Assembly (NCBI GenBank): GCA_046537785.1
Contig: JBKHKD010000012.1
Location: 14,596-78,595, forward strand
Length of the DNA stretch: 64,000 nt
Direction of reading: 5' to 3'
Source: Actinomycetota bacterium
GTDB lineage: Bacteria > Actinomycetota > Acidimicrobiia > Spongiisociales > ZC4RG35
The notes below the pieces were generated by a model. That model had not been told where the DNA came from. It did no database searches and saw nothing but the letters and a program-made list of their open reading frames with translations. Below, piece after piece: positions 62,101-64,000 of this stretch (positions are counted from its first letter, which is position 1; every line of letters begins with the position of its first letter). A program made the translations under genes and the position numbers.

Positions 62101-62428
62101 TATTCTTCTCGCCGGCATGGGAGGCGACAAGCACGCGGCCATCGGCCGTCCACCCGAGGACCAGGGTGTTCTTGGCTCCCCACCAGGTAAGGCGCCGAGT
62201 CTCCCCGTCGGATACCGCGACGACATAGGCCTCCGGATGGCCATCGCGGAACGAGATGAAGGCGATGTGGCTGCCGTCAGGAGAGAAACGGGGGGTTCGG
62301 ACGGGCTCGTTATCGTCGGTGAGCCGCCAGGCTCGCCCTCCCTCCAGGGGGGCGAGCCAGATGTCATCGGCTGCGACGAAGGTCAGGAGATTCCCGCTCA
62401 GATGCGGGTAGCGCAAATAGGTACTCAC
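59195..62428 (-). CDS. Tricorn protease homologue (N-terminal beta-propellers plus C-terminal S41 peptidase domain)
   Basis: …YLRYPHLSGNLLTFVAADDIWLAPLEGG…FSPDGSHIAF… propeller repeats. The C-terminal S41 region is present. About 1080 aa from the GTG at 62428. The track ORF adds an Arg-rich leader. Confidence 0.82.
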   Translation of the reverse strand: MSTYLRYPHLSGNLLTFVAADDIWLAPLEGGRAWRLTDDNEPVRTPRFSPDGSHIAFISFRDGHPEAYVVAVSDGETRRLTWWGAKNTLVLGWTADGRVLVASHAGEKNMRDVVVKAVGLDGSVERLRYGPAWGLAIGEGGATALSTPGSRPPAHWKRYRGGSAPRLWLDRAGDGSWERLLADEPASVVDPMWVDGRLAFVSDRGASLPGSVETANEQANLWVFDDVLSDDPGEPRQVTFQGPDEGYVRDAATDGRRIVWHSRGRIMLMDDLEGDPHEVEVTVPGSAPRAFRADPKKNLGRPVPDHGGDASLITWRGNGYWLTHREGPARSLIADPAVRAREPVLLGRTGYAALVSDAEGEDGLEIHHIGGEEEPRRLAVGALGRVLHLTSDPAGERVATISHDGSIRLVDIASDATDAIREVAHSPQGEALSPSFSPDGRYLIWSQPSMFGAWLHQLMVLDTRSDCAAVPLTSGTFHDHDPVFTRDGKHIVFLSERTFDPDYDKHEFGLAFAGSTRPWLIPVAAIEPPPFGPSAEGWKISSPDDEEEEEDQPSPDLDIDGAEDRAVPFPVRSANYRRLETGAAGVLWIEEAGETGALGTRRAGVKGEPKPDTVQLWSFQKRTVETVVPKVDDYAVSGDGRRLVVKHKDTLTATPADRKPEKEDDPAVVKVDLSRLRFEVEPRAEWEQMFNENTRLMRDHFWREDMDGVDWDAVVERWRPLVGTLTSHDDLVDLLWETMGELNTSHAYVIPAGEPGDRNRKLGLLGADLSPTDGGWRIDRILPAESSDPAARSPLRGAGVDAREGDVIVAVDGAPVDPVFGPATGLVGAADKPVELTLRRDDEDRRVVVVPLGDEEMLRYQDWVRSRRDYVLEHSGGRLGYVHVPDMMSTGWAQLHRDLRHASRREGLVVDVRYNRGGHTSQLVLARLIRRVVGWITGRHYEEASGYPDAAPRGPVVLVANEYSGSDGDIINAASQAMGLGPVVGVRTWGGVVGIDQRFKLVDGTIVTQPRYAFWLKDKEWGVENHGVDPDIEVIHSPADYFADRDPQLDRAMEEALARLEQEPAAGPPPMPDPKVG

Positions 62429-62472
62429 GCGCCCCGACCCTACCTTCGGCTCCGGGCCACTACCTTGTCGCC

Positions 62473-63783
62473 ATGGCATACACCGCCGTTGAACTGATCG
62501 AACTGAAGCGGGACGGACAAACGCTGCCCGCCGAGGGCATCGAGTGGCTGATCGACTCCTACACGAACGGCGACGTGCCCGACTACCAGATGGCGGCGAT
62601 GGCGATGGCAATCGTCATCAACGGCCTCACCGACGAGGAGCTGGCCGTCTGGACCTCGGCGATGATGTCTTCCGGCGACACCCTCGACTTCTCCGAGATT
62701 CCGCTGCCGAAGATCGACAAGCACTCGACTGGAGGCGTTGGAGACAAGATCTCCATCCCGCTCGCCCCCCTGGTCGCCTCATGTGGCATAGCGGTACCGA
62801 TGATGTCGGGCCGCGGTCTGGGGCACACCGGCGGCACCCTCGACAAATTGGAGTCGATACCCGGCTTCGAGCCGCGCATCGACCAGAAGCGATTCCGGGA
62901 GATCCTGACCAACCACGGGCTCGTGCTCGCCGGCCAATCCGACACGATGGTCCCTGCCGACCGTCAGCTCTACGCCCTCCGGGACTCCACCGGGACGGTC
63001 GCCTCGATACCGCTGATCGCCAGCTCGATCATGTCGAAGAAGCTATCTGAGGGGCTCGACGGCCTGGTCCTGGACGTCAAGACCGGATCGGGCGCCTTCA
63101 TGGACGAGTTGGAGGAGTCCCGCGAGCTGGCCCGAACGATGGTCGGCATCGGGGTCAACCACGGTGTCGAGACGGTGGCTCTCATCACATCGATGGAACA
63201 GCCCCTGGGCCGGGAGGTTGGCAACGCCAACGAAATCAGGGAGTCGGTCGACGTGCTCAACGGGAAAGGGCCCGAGGACGTCACCGAGATCACCTTCGCC
63301 CTGGCCGAGGTCATGCTGGAGCTGGCGGGAATAGACAGCGTACGGGACCGTCTGGAAGAGGCCATCGAGTCGGGTGCCGCTCTGGACAAGCTGAAGGACG
63401 TGGCCAGGGCACATGGTGGCGACCCTTCGGTGCTCGACGACACATCACTTCTGGAAATGGCCGGGAACGAGGCCACCGTCGAGGCGTCACGCGACGGTTT
63501 CGTGACTGCCTGTGACGCCCGGACGATCGGAATCGCCGCCACCCGCCTGGGAGCGGGTCGGGAGAGAAAGGAAGACAACATCGACCGTGGCGTCGGAATC
63601 ACGCTCGAGGCCAAGATCGGCGCCCGGGTGACTCAAGGCGCACCCCTGGCAACGGTTCGCTACAACGACGAGAGGAAATGGGCAGACCAGAAGGAAAAAC
63701 TCGCCGCCGCCTGGGAAGTCGGCCCCGACGCTCCCGAGCCGCGCCAGCTAGTCGTGGAGCGCGTCGATCGCTCCCAAATTTGA
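62473..63783 (+). CDS. deoA: Thymidine / pyrimidine-nucleoside phosphorylase
   Basis: …KHSTGGVGDKISIPLAPLVASCG… and …SGRGLGHTGGTLDKLE… signatures; 436 aa. Confidence 0.9.
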   Translation: MAYTAVELIELKRDGQTLPAEGIEWLIDSYTNGDVPDYQMAAMAMAIVINGLTDEELAVWTSAMMSSGDTLDFSEIPLPKIDKHSTGGVGDKISIPLAPLVASCGIAVPMMSGRGLGHTGGTLDKLESIPGFEPRIDQKRFREILTNHGLVLAGQSDTMVPADRQLYALRDSTGTVASIPLIASSIMSKKLSEGLDGLVLDVKTGSGAFMDELEESRELARTMVGIGVNHGVETVALITSMEQPLGREVGNANEIRESVDVLNGKGPEDVTEITFALAEVMLELAGIDSVRDRLEEAIESGAALDKLKDVARAHGGDPSVLDDTSLLEMAGNEATVEASRDGFVTACDARTIGIAATRLGAGRERKEDNIDRGVGITLEAKIGARVTQGAPLATVRYNDERKWADQKEKLAAAWEVGPDAPEPRQLVVERVDRSQI

Positions 63784-63848
63784 GCGAATACTCAATTCTC
63801 ACCATGCTGGTTACCATCGCCAGCGTCAAAGACAAGGAGTAGTGCGGT

Positions 63849-64000
63849 ATGAAGGTCGTTGTCTGCGTGAAGCAGATTCCGGACCCCGCCACCCCGTATT
63901 CGTTGGAGGAGGGGACCAACTGGCTGGTGAGACCGGCCGAACAGGTCCTCGACGACACGGATCGTTACGGGGTGGAGATGGGTCTTCAGTTGGCTCAGGC
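63849..64000 (+). CDS. etfB: Electron transfer flavoprotein beta subunit, N-terminal 50 aa; continues past the window end
   Basis: MKVVVCVKQIPDPATPYSLEEGTNWLVRPAEQVLDDTDRYGVEMGLQLAQ is the EtfB N-terminal signature. No stop before the window end. Confidence 0.75.
   Translation, partial: MKVVVCVKQIPDPATPYSLEEGTNWLVRPAEQVLDDTDRYGVEMGLQLAQ

Overview
This is a high-GC (about 65-70%) actinobacterial-type chromosomal segment, most likely from the conserved core genome. Almost all of it is coding, with frequent 4-bp start/stop overlaps. The many long antisense ORFs in the six-frame track are GC artefacts. All gene identities below come from reading the translations against remembered family motifs; no database search was possible.

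Gene content, in order:
- 1-10.4 kb, all minus strand: nusA (runs off the window edge), rimP, proS, ispG, a site-2 protease, dxr, cdsA, frr, pyrH, tsf, rpsB. This order is typical of Actinobacteria.
- 10.6-17.5 kb: queG and ybaK on plus, then whiG/fliA-type sigma, xerC, dprA, comM/yifB, and a GGT-like gene on minus.
- 17.5-22 kb: an FCY1-type cytosine deaminase (plus), then glnD, glnK and amtB (minus) with a GlnR-box-like site upstream.
- 22-30.8 kb: crotonase, a small Zn-ribbon ORF, an ABC-2 exporter pair, yraN, DUF2469, lepB, rplS, trmD, a plus-strand lipoprotein, rimM, a KH protein, rpsP, ffh.
- 30.9-38.7 kb, plus strand: a form-I aerobic CO dehydrogenase cluster, coxD(moxR)-coxE(VWA)-coxM-coxS-coxL, where CoxL carries the AYRCSFR signature. 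Three XdhC/CoxF/CoxI-family genes follow. One of them has a C-terminal YHS/TRASH metal-binding domain.
- 38.7-50 kb: a VOC protein, a LuxR-family LAL regulator, DUF4242, a secreted protein, an LCP-family protein, ppc, an alpha/beta hydrolase, upp, an ATL-like protein, and a DUF222-HNH endonuclease.
- 50.2-56 kb: an anti-sigma-like protein, an ECF sigma factor, and a Zn-ribbon/adenylyl-cyclase/AAA/TPR STAND protein.
- 56-64 kb: a Xanthomonas-type arginine module (argF' N-acetylornithine carbamoyltransferase, bifunctional NAGS/NAGK, argC), a tricorn-like protease, deoA, and the start of etfB.

Three points stand out:
- Three well-conserved genes (rimM, queG, argF') have conserved N-terminal residues encoded in frame upstream of any ATG/GTG/TTG. 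This points to rare start codons or local sequence errors.
- An XdhC-family protein carries a C-terminal YHS/TRASH fusion inside the Mo-Cu CO dehydrogenase cluster.
- An acetylcitrulline-type arginine module sits in an actinobacterial background.

No tRNA, rRNA, CRISPR array or obvious transposon was seen.
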